From IMG/VR virus record IMGVR_UViG_3300027996_003878: a stretch of 64,000 nucleotides of DNA. The stretch is one strand, 5' to 3'. Below are positions 35,782 to 45,551 of this stretch, in pieces. The notes under the pieces are model-generated. The model made no database searches, was not told where the DNA came from, and saw only the letters and a list, made by a program, of their open reading frames with translations. Origin of the DNA: a virus. Lineage: Duplodnaviria; Caudoviricetes. How positions within the stretch are numbered: the stretch's first letter is position 1; each line of letters begins with the position of its first letter. The position numbers and the translations under genes are program-made.

Positions 35782-36474
35782 TTAATCTTCTGAGCTGAAA
35801 TGCTGACTTGATTCTTCCGATTCATCAAAAAATAATCTAAATGGAGGGCTGATTTCCGTTTTGAAATTATCCGCTTGATCCTCCTCTTCATTGGGCTTTG
35901 CTGTGAGTTTAGCTCGGAGTGGCAAACGCCCTCTAATAACCCTCTGCGAGGTAAAGGGTTCGTCGGAATCATCGCTCTGCCCTGACGGAGGCTGAGGCTT
36001 ACGCCTGATGCCCCCATAAATCCCAGTGCGAGACTCATAACCCTTAAGCTGACCGGATTTTAGAGCACGAGATATTTTTTGTTCTGTACTAAGACCCTCA
36101 AGGCCCATAACTTTCGCTATCACTTTGCGGCTAACACACGCATCGCCAATACATAGCCTTTCAAGAGTAGCTGTTAGCAGCTCAACAAACGCCTCATCCA
36201 CCCTAGCGGCCGGGGTGGAAGGGCTGTTAGCTTTTTTAATGGGTCTTATTGCTTCAGTGCCAAGCTTGTAAACTCCACCAGACGGACCTCGCTTAATATC
36301 AAAGCCGTCTAGTATGCCCGTTTTGATGATTGCGCCAATCGTAGATTCAAACTCTTTATGAATGCCAAAATGTTTGCAAATATTTTTTCTAGTAATAGAA
36401 GAACCATCCGCACATTCTTCATTTAAAAAAACGATTAATTGATCAATAAAATTTTTATTAAATAATTCTTTCAT
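35782..36474 (-). CDS. Hypothetical protein with two tandem winged-helix-like repeats
   Basis: ITRKNICKHFG...GILDGFDIKRGPSGGV vs VSRKVIAKVMG...GQLKGYESRTGIYGGI. Confidence 0.75.
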   Translation of the reverse strand: MKELFNKNFIDQLIVFLNEECADGSSITRKNICKHFGIHKEFESTIGAIIKTGILDGFDIKRGPSGGVYKLGTEAIRPIKKANSPSTPAARVDEAFVELLTATLERLCIGDACVSRKVIAKVMGLEGLSTEQKISRALKSGQLKGYESRTGIYGGIRRKPQPPSGQSDDSDEPFTSQRVIRGRLPLRAKLTAKPNEEEDQADNFKTEISPPFRLFFDESEESSQHFSSED

Positions 36475-36520
36475 AAATACACCTAATTTTTTATGCTTAT
36501 ATTCTTATCTTTACCGTTGA

Positions 36521-36548
36521 ATCATAATCATACCGTGATAATTGTCAA
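36521..36548 (-). promoter_or_regulatory. Sigma70-type promoter
   Basis: TTGACA-N16-TATGAT. Confidence 0.6.
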
Positions 36549-36571
36549 GATTTTTTTTATCTTTGCTCGAT

Positions 36572-37075
36572 TTAATTACCATAATGGTTTTGCATGCTCA
36601 AATAGCCGATATTATAGTAATTGTAGTCAATTTTTTTATTTTTTAGCTTAATATCTTTATACCAATCGTTTTTAAACTTACCTTTTAACAGGACATCATT
36701 AACAATAAAAGAAAGCGCGCCATGCTTAAAGCTATTTGAGATGGTCTTGCTATTTTTCAAATTTATTTTTTTAAATTTTTTATAAATTTTATTTATTTCA
36801 ATGCATGCCTTTTTAAAATTTTCTTTAATGTGCTTTGTTTTGCTTGTGTCGCCAAAGATAAAGCAATCAATGCCTTTTTTATTGTAATCATAAACAATTT
36901 CACAATTATTAGCAACTGCCAAAACTTGAGCTAAATTGTGCTTCCAATAGGTAATTTTTTCTTGACTATAAAGAACGTTTTCTTCTTGAAAGTCTGTTTT
37001 ATTCTTAAACTCTTCGTTGTTAAAGAAGACTATCTGTCTAGCTTCTTTTAATTTATTTAGATTTAATTCTTCCAT
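36572..37075 (-). CDS. Hypothetical protein resembling the C-terminal domain of DUF2786-type proteins
   Basis: WKHNLAQVLAVANNC...IFG...NSFKHG. Confidence 0.5.
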   Translation of the reverse strand: MEELNLNKLKEARQIVFFNNEEFKNKTDFQEENVLYSQEKITYWKHNLAQVLAVANNCEIVYDYNKKGIDCFIFGDTSKTKHIKENFKKACIEINKIYKKFKKINLKNSKTISNSFKHGALSFIVNDVLLKGKFKNDWYKDIKLKNKKIDYNYYNIGYLSMQNHYGN

Positions 37076-37135
37076 AAAGTAAACATAACCACTAAGTGGT
37101 CTTACGCAACTTTTTTTTTTGAAAAAAAAACTAAA

Positions 37136-37915
37136 TTAAGAATTAATTATATCATGAACTTTTGCAGAATTAATAGCGGCTTGAATATCAGTTTTCTTCA
37201 CAATATTAAAATCTGCCTTATTGCGTTGTACAAATTTATGCAGCATCAATATAGATTCATTACTTATCCCTGAATTCATTATATTAAGAAGCTCTGAGGG
37301 TTTTAGTTGAATGAGTTCAGGGTTTTTGGCTAGCAATCGCGTAAGCTTTTTTTTAAAATTATTTCTTTCTCTTTTAGAGTTTTTTTTCTTATGCGCATTT
37401 AGGATGCTTTTCGCGTTGAGTGTGAGGCAGTCCCATTCCTGATCTGTTATTGACTTAAAAGTTTTTAATTTTTCATGAAGTCCTTCAGAGAAAACTTCAT
37501 AAAGATCTTCTAAGTATAAAGGGTTAATTCTTCCAGAAAGAAGAACCCTTCCAATATAAAAGTTTGTTAAAATATTATTCTTGCCTATTGAATCTATTTT
37601 GAACTTTCCCTTGATAGGAATGTATTTATTTTTTGTATATAAAAATAATTGAGGGCAAATATACAAATTGTCTATTTCAATATATTGTGCGTCTGGTTTT
37701 ATTCTTAATATTTTTGGATTTGCTTTTTTAATATCGCAATTGAGTAAAAACTTTCTTATGACGTATAATTCATCATAACTCTCTCTAATAGCCGACTCCA
37801 TATGAGAGGTGTAATGGCTTCTGACAGAGGTATATGTTTTTTTTGACCTATTTCTATATTTTAAAGCAGCTAAGTGGCATGCTTCTACTATTTTGTCAAA
37901 TTGCTGATCATCCAT
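37136..37915 (-). CDS. Hypothetical protein, divergent member of the shared-C-terminus family
   Basis: Ends IVKKTDIQAAINSAKVHDIINS. Confidence 0.7.
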   Translation of the reverse strand: MDDQQFDKIVEACHLAALKYRNRSKKTYTSVRSHYTSHMESAIRESYDELYVIRKFLLNCDIKKANPKILRIKPDAQYIEIDNLYICPQLFLYTKNKYIPIKGKFKIDSIGKNNILTNFYIGRVLLSGRINPLYLEDLYEVFSEGLHEKLKTFKSITDQEWDCLTLNAKSILNAHKKKNSKRERNNFKKKLTRLLAKNPELIQLKPSELLNIMNSGISNESILMLHKFVQRNKADFNIVKKTDIQAAINSAKVHDIINS

Positions 37916-37977
37916 AATTACGATATATAAACTTCAGATTATATGAAGATATATATCGCAATGTAATAAAAAATAGT

Positions 37978-39390
37978 TCAAGGGTTCTTGTATTTAAGAG
38001 GCACAACCCTTCCAAAGCTGGGTTGGAATGAAGCCAGATCAGTGCATAAAACCCAAACTACATCGCATGGGGGCCTTAGTGATTTGGGTATGTGAGGGAG
38101 ATAGCCGTCAGTTAAAACAATTATAACATCAAAATCTGTTCCTAAGCGGCTTGGAAAGTCTTGAAAAAATTCATCAAATACAGTTCCACCTCGGCCGATA
38201 ATCTTAACGGACTTAAGATCTTCTACATTAGATATAGACGTAACGTTGTTCCAATGAACTTTAGCGTCAACGGGAACTACAAACCCTTCAGATGTTGAGC
38301 CCAAAATTTGGAGCTGTGATACCGCATAAACGATGTCATTAATTGACATTGAAGCTGATGTATCTAAAAGGGCAAGCCACCGGGGTTTAAATCCATGTTT
38401 CTGTGGAATGTATTGTTTTGGATCACCTTCAATCCATCTCTTTCTAAATCTTTTCCAATTATTTCTTTGAGCTAATTGGTTTTCTTTTCTCATTAGTGAT
38501 GAGCGAACTAAATCAGTAAATTTAACTCTTGGCTTTTCTAAACTGCCAATAATATCTTCAATTTCATTAGGCACAGAGCCTGCTATGCGCTTTACTTGCT
38601 CAGCGGCACGGCGAATGTCTTGCAATACTTCGTTTTTTGAAAGGGCCTGCTCGATATGGCTATCTATCGATGAAAGGGGATCATGCTCGATACCACATTC
38701 AGGGCATGCCTTTGGGTTGCTTGTATCAGCACGAGGCAATAAATTACCATCTTTATCTTTTGTTAATCTCTCACATGTATTGCATTTTCTTGGACTTTTA
38801 TTCCATTGTTTTTTTATGTCATCATAAAGATCTTCTGGCGATCTTCCGTGGATTTTTTTGTCAGAAAAAATTGCCTTTTCTGGCAACTCACAGTCCCCAT
38901 TTATGTGGGAAAGTAAAGCGTCAAAAGAAACTGGGGTGCCTAAATTTCCTCCCCATAATTGAGAAGATCTTTTATTTTTATCATGTTCAATTTCAATTAT
39001 TGTATTTACAATATAATCAACACAAATATTAAATATTCTTCTATTTTTGTCTAATCCTCTTTTGGTGTGAAAAAATACCACATGGTATGACTCATGCTCC
39101 ATTACAATGGAGACCTCATCTAAACTAAGAGACTCTAAAAAATCTGGATTCCAAAAAAACTTTTTACCGTCAGTTGCAGCTGTAGTGAATGGCATACCGA
39201 GGCCAGGTAGGGTGATGGCTAATTCATGCTCCTTGGGTGCAATTAAAGAAAACAAAAATGGGTTGCCTCCCTTTTTTGGATCCCTAAAAAGTTTAGTCAT
39301 TGCTACAGATATTTTTTCCTGTAACTTTTTAAGTCTTTTTCTATCTTCAACACAATTGTGAGGGTCTTTTAGTCTAGTGACATTTGACAT
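37978..39390 (-). CDS. DUF2201-type metallopeptidase-like plus VWA domain protein
   Basis: TAATDG, HESYH, NICVDYIVN; MIDAS LLDTSASM, GRGGTVF, VLTDG. Confidence 0.9.
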   Translation of the reverse strand: MSNVTRLKDPHNCVEDRKRLKKLQEKISVAMTKLFRDPKKGGNPFLFSLIAPKEHELAITLPGLGMPFTTAATDGKKFFWNPDFLESLSLDEVSIVMEHESYHVVFFHTKRGLDKNRRIFNICVDYIVNTIIEIEHDKNKRSSQLWGGNLGTPVSFDALLSHINGDCELPEKAIFSDKKIHGRSPEDLYDDIKKQWNKSPRKCNTCERLTKDKDGNLLPRADTSNPKACPECGIEHDPLSSIDSHIEQALSKNEVLQDIRRAAEQVKRIAGSVPNEIEDIIGSLEKPRVKFTDLVRSSLMRKENQLAQRNNWKRFRKRWIEGDPKQYIPQKHGFKPRWLALLDTSASMSINDIVYAVSQLQILGSTSEGFVVPVDAKVHWNNVTSISNVEDLKSVKIIGRGGTVFDEFFQDFPSRLGTDFDVIIVLTDGYLPHIPKSLRPPCDVVWVLCTDLASFQPSFGRVVPLKYKNP

Positions 39391-39398
39391 TAGCTATC

Positions 39399-40517
39399 TT
39401 AAGACTTTCTTTGATCTTTTCTAATTTTAATAAATACTGGTAAAAATTCAGGAAATTTTTCAACATCAGAGAGTTCATTGTCATTAAGAATTTTACTATT
39501 GAAAGTATTTTTAACAGCGGCAAGGGAGAATTCACTTGGCAATTCATTTAACCAAACAAAAACATTTTTAACATATTTTTGTAACTTTTTTGTATGTGCC
39601 TCTTTTGCTTTTTTTGATTGTGGCGTCTCTTGGCAAAGGGAAGATACCGCTCCGGCCGCTGCTAGCGCGCAAACCAAAACTCGGTCAACTGTCATTTCTT
39701 CAGTATTTGGCTTAACCCCCTCTTGAACTAGCAAGTCAATTTGAGGAGAGATGTGCCTATAATGCTCAAGCCAAACTTGAAATTTAACAGCTGCGCTTTC
39801 GCCAACATGACCCGCTACTAGAAGGGCCTTCATTCCCACTGAGTCTTCTTCAGAGGATTTATCTAAATCGTATGCTGCCGAAGTCCAGCCGCGAGGAGAG
39901 CAGTGATTGTAGGCCGTGGCATCGCCTTCAGGCGCTGGCCTGAGAAGGTAATCCTGGTTTCTGCTTAAAAAGCCAACGACTAAGTTATTAATTCCTGAGT
40001 CAACAGCCCAGGCTCGCCACGGCTCAAAGGCGCATCCCACTTTGTATACCTTGCACCTGTTGGTCAAAGCGTGTGACATGGCTTTAGAAAAAGCGTGCTC
40101 GTCTGGCAGATTGGCTGTAGCAATTGATGAAGAAATATTTAATTTAGTAGAGTCTAAAGATCTAAACTGCAAAAGCTCTAAAAGAGGGTTTTGAAGATCA
40201 GGAGCCGCTTTATCCAACTCATCAAGCAACAAGACGCTTTTTGGACTTTCGCTACCATCCAAAGGAAAGCATTGCGGTAATGCATATTTGGTGACATTAC
40301 CATCTCTATATGGAAGTCCAATTAGGTCAGGACTTTCTTTTACTGTCAAATTTAAATATATTTCTTTTTTATTTAAAGACTTAATAACTTGTTGAGCCAT
40401 TTGAGTCTTACCAACACCAGAAGGCCCAATTATTAAAATATTCCCACCGGTCTTAATATTAAATTTATAAAGATCTTCTAATGTTTCTTGGTCTATCTCT
40501 CGAATATCTGTTAACAT
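39399..40517 (-). CDS. MoxR-like AAA+ ATPase
   Basis: GPSGVGKT, DLIGLP, LLLDELDKA, ATAN, ALTNRC. Confidence 0.9.
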   Translation of the reverse strand: MLTDIREIDQETLEDLYKFNIKTGGNILIIGPSGVGKTQMAQQVIKSLNKKEIYLNLTVKESPDLIGLPYRDGNVTKYALPQCFPLDGSESPKSVLLLDELDKAAPDLQNPLLELLQFRSLDSTKLNISSSIATANLPDEHAFSKAMSHALTNRCKVYKVGCAFEPWRAWAVDSGINNLVVGFLSRNQDYLLRPAPEGDATAYNHCSPRGWTSAAYDLDKSSEEDSVGMKALLVAGHVGESAAVKFQVWLEHYRHISPQIDLLVQEGVKPNTEEMTVDRVLVCALAAAGAVSSLCQETPQSKKAKEAHTKKLQKYVKNVFVWLNELPSEFSLAAVKNTFNSKILNDNELSDVEKFPEFLPVFIKIRKDQRKS

Positions 40518-40594
40518 TTACTACTTCTTTCAAAAAAAATATAAATTTACGATTATATCTTTTAACATAATCTTAAAAATGAAATATATTTTTA

Positions 40595-41362
40595 CTAACC
40601 ATACATTACATCAAAGATCTTCCTGTAAGCTAAGATTCTATCGAACAATCTTGTTTGTATGATATTCTCTTCTATCAAATATTTTGTCATTAAATGATAA
40701 GAATCTTTAATGTAGGTTGGCTGATTAGCGGACTTATTCCTCGCATTCCTCTTCTTATCTGATTTGGGAATTACACTTAAATAAGCAATTGTTTTAGCTA
40801 TTTTAGATATATCTGCATCATTATTTGCCCTAGACGTTGTCGCTTTTATATAGCCTTTGGGAACCCACGACTTTCTACCTTCCATGATCCAGAAATGAGA
40901 CGCATAAGTTAAGTCTAATTTTGTACATGCCTTCAAAAAGTGTATATGTCCAAAATTGACGGTTTGTCTTTCGCTCGATATTAGTAATTCATCATTTTGA
41001 GTACAAAAATTTAATTTATCAAAATCAATGCTAAAGCTTGAAATAAAGCGCTTGCCACGATACCGATAACTAAAAACTGGCTCATTAATTTTTACAGTAA
41101 TATTGTTGTTACAAGTATGACGTTTAAAATAATTTTCGCAAACGTTGTATCTTTTTGAAAGAGATATGAAATCCAACTTGTAGTGATTTTTAAAGGGGCG
41201 AGATATTGTTGGGAATTTTCTCTTTGGATCAAATTCTTCTTCTTCAATTTCATTGAGTGCTTTTTTAGCAATCTCCCCAAATCTAACAAGCCTCTTCAGG
41301 TCTTTGATTTTACCTTTAATATAAGAATCATCCTTTTGATTGTTAACGTTAAAATTATACAT
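40595..41362 (-). CDS. Hypothetical protein
   Basis: 255 aa ORF; ends RKIFDVMYG. Confidence 0.7.
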   Translation of the reverse strand: MYNFNVNNQKDDSYIKGKIKDLKRLVRFGEIAKKALNEIEEEEFDPKRKFPTISRPFKNHYKLDFISLSKRYNVCENYFKRHTCNNNITVKINEPVFSYRYRGKRFISSFSIDFDKLNFCTQNDELLISSERQTVNFGHIHFLKACTKLDLTYASHFWIMEGRKSWVPKGYIKATTSRANNDADISKIAKTIAYLSVIPKSDKKRNARNKSANQPTYIKDSYHLMTKYLIEENIIQTRLFDRILAYRKIFDVMYG

Positions 41363-41411
41363 AATTTATCTAATTTTTGTAAATTTATACAGCAGATCTT
41401 TCTTAATATAA

Positions 41412-41732
41412 TCATCTAGGAGTAAATGTCAATTTTTTTTTATTATATTTTCTCACCTTTATCATGGTAACATGTATATCTGAGAGAAGGCTGTTTTTCA
41501 ATTCATTTTCATGCAAGTCGCAAGAGAAGTTTATAAAAGCCTCACCTTCATCATTTTCAATAAAAAATATTTTAACAGGCTCACAAGAGCACTTCATGCA
41601 TTTGGGAATCAATACACTTGAGAGTTTGTTATTTAATTTATTTATTTCATTTCGGAATTCTTCAGCTCTATTTTCAGCTACAATTTTTTCTGTTTGCAGT
41701 GAGCGACATGACCAGCAATTATCCATAAGCAA
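41412..41732 (-). CDS. Hypothetical Cys-containing protein
   Basis: CWSC, CMKC...C motifs plus coiled coil. Confidence 0.6.
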   Translation of the reverse strand: MLMDNCWSCRSLQTEKIVAENRAEEFRNEINKLNNKLSSVLIPKCMKCSCEPVKIFFIENDEGEAFINFSCDLHENELKNSLLSDIHVTMIKVRKYNKKKLTFTPR

Positions 41733-41737
41733 CCTCG

Positions 41738-42427
41738 TTAATCTATATCCATAGTGCTTTTTATTAGATATTCACTTACAGCCATTTTTATTACATCTTT
41801 GCCTAAAGACTTGTGTCTTTCAACGACTTCTTGTATTTTTTTTATAGCGTTACTCTCAATAAATTTATTTAATTTTTTTTTAAATACCTCAGAGCTAATT
41901 ATTAAATCCATTTTTTCTTTAATTTTATCATAATAATCCATAAGCTCATCTTGCTTTAATTCAAAAATATAACTTACAAGCCAGCTGTAAAACGATCTTT
42001 GATATCTAGGCTTTGTCTTTTTGTTTATAGATCCGCCTTTTAAGATGATATCTTTTCTTAATTTTAAACGTATATTACTAATGCTATTATTAATGATAAT
42101 ATCACAGTCATCATGCGTGAAAATTAATCCAGAAATAATATTTTGTTTTATATAAATTAATTTGTCTAAAAATGAAGTGTATTGCTGGTAAGGGAGGTAA
42201 TATGTTTTATTTTTTTGAAAAATTTTAAATTTGACAGAAACATTGTGTTCTTTTGAAATAGAGTGCAGGGTTCTGTCTGGAAGAAATTGATAATCAATTA
42301 AATTATAATTCTTTAGTTTTGTATCTATTTCTTTTAATAAATTACGACCATGAGCTGATCTTAATAGTAATGATTTATAAGCTATCTCATAGTTATTTTT
42401 AGGCTTAATTTTATTAAGGCCTGACAT
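41738..42427 (-). CDS. Shared-C-terminal-domain family protein
   Basis: C-terminal ~60 aa aligns with 42500 and 43201. Confidence 0.75.
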   Translation of the reverse strand: MSGLNKIKPKNNYEIAYKSLLLRSAHGRNLLKEIDTKLKNYNLIDYQFLPDRTLHSISKEHNVSVKFKIFQKNKTYYLPYQQYTSFLDKLIYIKQNIISGLIFTHDDCDIIINNSISNIRLKLRKDIILKGGSINKKTKPRYQRSFYSWLVSYIFELKQDELMDYYDKIKEKMDLIISSEVFKKKLNKFIESNAIKKIQEVVERHKSLGKDVIKMAVSEYLIKSTMDID

Positions 42428-42499
42428 ATATATAAATATTTAATTATTAATAGCTCTATATCCTTGTAATTAGTGTAAAAAAAATAATATTAGTAATTA

Positions 42500-43114
42500 T
42501 TAATAAAGATCATTTATATCAAGATAGGGTAAGAGCCCTCTCCTGATAACGCTAGGATCCAGCGAATCATATTCCATCAACACGCTTACAATATCATCAA
42601 TAGCAATCTTTTTAATACTTTCTTTTTCTTTAGCTAAGTACTCTTCAGATTTGATAATCTTTTTTATTTCAGATTCAATAAATAAATCTTTTTTATTAAT
42701 GATATCTCTTAAATCTTCGTTTAGCGCTCCAATAAACCAATTGAAGAAAGATCCCTGTCGTCTTGAGCCGTATGTGGTTGAAACCATTCCACCATGAAGT
42801 ATAGTGGTTTTTTTACAATTGTAGCTTGGGACGTCAACATTCATGTGATTTCTAACAATGTCATTGACATTAGTGATCTTTATCAATCTCCAAAGAGGAA
42901 TTGTAAAGTAATATTTATAAGCCTCAAATAACTTATACCCATAGCTAATAAAAAAAACTGGAACAACAGGTGTGTTATTGTTGTCCCAGCCTCTAAAGTC
43001 ATACTTGACTATGCTCATTTTATCTATATTGTCACGTACCTTACGCCTCAGCGCCTTTGAAGTTGATGTATTAAATAATGATTCAAATAATAAATCGTAA
43101 TTGTTTTTTCGCAT
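42500..43114 (-). CDS. Shared-C-terminal-domain family protein
   Basis: C-terminal ~60 aa aligns with 41738 and 43201. Confidence 0.75.
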   Translation of the reverse strand: MRKNNYDLLFESLFNTSTSKALRRKVRDNIDKMSIVKYDFRGWDNNNTPVVPVFFISYGYKLFEAYKYYFTIPLWRLIKITNVNDIVRNHMNVDVPSYNCKKTTILHGGMVSTTYGSRRQGSFFNWFIGALNEDLRDIINKKDLFIESEIKKIIKSEEYLAKEKESIKKIAIDDIVSVLMEYDSLDPSVIRRGLLPYLDINDLY

Positions 43115-43200
43115 AAATAACCAATATTTTAATTTTATTAAAATAATTTAATAAAACAATAATAATTAATTAATTGCGATTTTATTGATAATTTTAAATA

Positions 43201-44037
43201 TTAATCTTCTAAAACATCATATAATATATATTTATTTACTGCGCGCTCTATTTCTTTTTTATTTAAAAAGTCATATCTTTTTAATAACTTAATTATATCG
43301 TTTGTAGCTATATTTTTAAATCCATCAATACATTTAGATTTAAAATTGTCGCCGCTTAGTATTTTTAAAATTGATTCACATATATATAATGTCTTTTCTT
43401 CAATGCTATTAAGAAAAGACATTTCTTTAAAAAATTGCATCGTTGACCAGTGCAAAAAAGAATTTACTGTTGGCCCCCATTTAGATCCGTTTAGGATTGT
43501 ATCTTTTTTGCATTTTTTTAATAATTTACTAATATCTTTTTTTTCTAAAATATTGATAATGTATGGCTCAAAGCCTTTGCAATGTCTGAATAATTGAGTT
43601 GAGCTTACAACTTTCACATATGATGACTTCCACAATCGAGTGTCAGGCAGATCAACTAAGGCATAACCTCCGTCTGTTCCAAGTCTTTCGCGCAAATTTA
43701 TATTACTGCCATCACTCTTGATGTCAAAAGAAATCATAAAATCAATATCAAATCCGCTCTTAGTAGGTTGCAGATTTGACCGTCCTAATATTGTTCTATT
43801 TTTTAAATTAATACTAGGGCTGTCCTTTTTATTTTTGATATTTTTAAGGTCTACTTTTGATTTAAATATAAAATTAACCCCAATAATAAAATGTTTTTCA
43901 TAGAGTGAAGGTGCATGTATTTTGAAATTATAATTTGAAAGTTTTATGTTTTTTAAACTTTGATAAAAAATATCTCGAATTGCTTGACCCTCTTCGGTCA
44001 AAAGCATTCTGTTATAAAGCTTAAGATAATAGCTCAT
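43201..44037 (-). CDS. Shared-C-terminal-domain family protein
   Basis: C-terminal ~60 aa aligns with 41738 and 42500. Confidence 0.75.
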   Translation of the reverse strand: MSYYLKLYNRMLLTEEGQAIRDIFYQSLKNIKLSNYNFKIHAPSLYEKHFIIGVNFIFKSKVDLKNIKNKKDSPSINLKNRTILGRSNLQPTKSGFDIDFMISFDIKSDGSNINLRERLGTDGGYALVDLPDTRLWKSSYVKVVSSTQLFRHCKGFEPYIINILEKKDISKLLKKCKKDTILNGSKWGPTVNSFLHWSTMQFFKEMSFLNSIEEKTLYICESILKILSGDNFKSKCIDGFKNIATNDIIKLLKRYDFLNKKEIERAVNKYILYDVLED

Positions 44038-44053
44038 ATTTACTTAAATATAA

Positions 44054-44479
44054 TTAATTGAAGCTCTTAGATGATCTTGGAGGCTCCTGAGAGTTTAGAT
44101 TAACTGTTTGAAATAAGGAGCTTTGGAAAACAACATTAGATTCTAAATTCTTTTTACCCTGACAGGAGATAACTTCGATGGGAACAAGGGATTCATAGGG
44201 ATCTTTTGAAAATAATTCAGCTAGTGGAATTATGTTGCTGGAATTCAACTCTTTATCTTCTAAAATAGCACACAGGACCAGCTTATTTTTTTCTGACTTC
44301 TGATCTTTACACAGAACAACCGAGAGACCGCTATCAGCAGAAAGCTTATTCAAAAGTCTTAAGAAGCTATGTAAATGCGGTTTTTTGTCATTGATGTCTT
44401 GCACAGTGAATTTCCTTTGCGGGGTACCTAGATACAAGGTAGACCGTTGTAGTTGTATGTGGTTACACAGTAAGCACAT
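44054..44479 (-). CDS. Hypothetical protein
   Basis: 141 aa ORF. Confidence 0.6.
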   Translation of the reverse strand: MCLLCNHIQLQRSTLYLGTPQRKFTVQDINDKKPHLHSFLRLLNKLSADSGLSVVLCKDQKSEKNKLVLCAILEDKELNSSNIIPLAELFSKDPYESLVPIEVISCQGKKNLESNVVFQSSLFQTVNLNSQEPPRSSKSFN

Positions 44480-44508
44480 ACTTAATCAGTGTCAAATTGA
44501 TATCAAAA

Positions 44509-44679
44509 CTACAGAAATCTCTTTAAATCAGATTTTCGAAACCTCGAAGGGGCTCCTAAGAGATCATCCTCTTTGCCCTCCGAATGTCCTATTTGATAAA
44601 AATGGTCGTTTGGAAGTTTAACATCATTCCCTTCGTAACCATCAATATAACCGACAAGATATCTCGCAAATGGCGTCAC
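44509..44679 (-). CDS. Small hypothetical protein (56 aa, GTG start)
   Basis: Hand translation: MTPFARYLVGYIDGYEGNDVKLPNDHFYQIGHSEGKEDDLLGAPSRF... Confidence 0.5.
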   Translation of the reverse strand: MTPFARYLVGYIDGYEGNDVKLPNDHFYQIGHSEGKEDDLLGAPSRFRKSDLKRFL

Positions 44680-44749
44680 GTAGGTATGTCATTTTATAGA
44701 CATTAAAATTATTTTTAAAGTGACAAAGTTGTAGGGGGGTATAAACAAA

Positions 44750-44929
44750 TTATTTGTTTGAAATATTTTTAGCAACATTTTGAATATATTTTATATTCCA
44801 ATCAATTTTCTCTGATATTTCATTGTTCATAAATAAGTATAAAACATCATTCCAAGAGTCAATTACATCAGCAATATTGTATAGATTTATTGATAAATTG
44901 CGCGCTACTTGTTTTTTATTTTTATGCAT
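44750..44929 (-). CDS. Small hypothetical protein (59 aa)
   Basis: Hand translation: MHKNKKQVARNLSINLYNIADVIDSW... Confidence 0.45.
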   Translation of the reverse strand: MHKNKKQVARNLSINLYNIADVIDSWNDVLYLFMNNEISEKIDWNIKYIQNVAKNISNK

Positions 44930-44937
44930 TTTTAATT

Positions 44938-45135
44938 TTAATTAATGTTAAAATTGTTTGGAATCACATAAAAGCCGTAACATTTACTTTTGTCATGAAG
45001 ATCACGATAACGGTAATGGCAAGATATATTAGTTTTATCATTACCTTTTAATTTTTTAATAAATTGTTTTGTAAAAGAAATATTTGTCTTGTGTCCACAT
45101 AAGTCGCATTTCATCGTAATGATAAAGTTATCCAT
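44938..45135 (-). CDS. Small Cys-containing hypothetical protein
   Basis: CDLC, CH...C. Confidence 0.55.
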   Translation of the reverse strand: MDNFIITMKCDLCGHKTNISFTKQFIKKLKGNDKTNISCHYRYRDLHDKSKCYGFYVIPNNFNIN

Positions 45136-45140
45136 TTTAC

Positions 45141-45416
45141 TTAATGCGATATTGTTTTCTTGTTGGTATCTTTCTCATCTGCGATTTGCGCCTCTTCATC
45201 AAGACGACTGGCGATGCTGCCTGATTTTTTGTGGAGAGAGGATACTGACTCTTTTTGCCAAGGCGCTGTCAAAGCCCAGCGAAAATCTTGGATCGCTCTT
45301 GATAATCCTGGGTGGTTTTGAGATTTTGCCTGTCTCTCTAAGTGAATAAATTTTTCACGCGCCATTTCCAATTCTGAAAAAATCTCATTTACTTTTTGTG
45401 TCCAGTTTTTTTTCAT
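45141..45416 (-). CDS. Hypothetical protein
   Basis: 91 aa ORF. Confidence 0.6.
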   Translation of the reverse strand: MKKNWTQKVNEIFSELEMAREKFIHLERQAKSQNHPGLSRAIQDFRWALTAPWQKESVSSLHKKSGSIASRLDEEAQIADEKDTNKKTISH

Positions 45417-45442
45417 TATAAATACTACTTAAATTAAAAAAT

Positions 45443-45545
45443 TAAATAAAAACCCTGGTGAGTGAAGTTATAAAAATAAACAGCCGGAAGGAGGGCAGCT
45501 AAAATTAAAAAGGCCACTCACCAGGGTGCTGCAAACGAAAAGGAT
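45443..45545 (-). ncRNA. Candidate structured small RNA or leader with an anti-Shine-Dalgarno loop
   Basis: Perfect 13-bp outer stem (45452-45464 / 45515-45527), inner hairpin with loop CCCUCCUUC, 3' U-tract, upstream promoter. Confidence 0.6.
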
Positions 45546-45551
45546 AAATCA

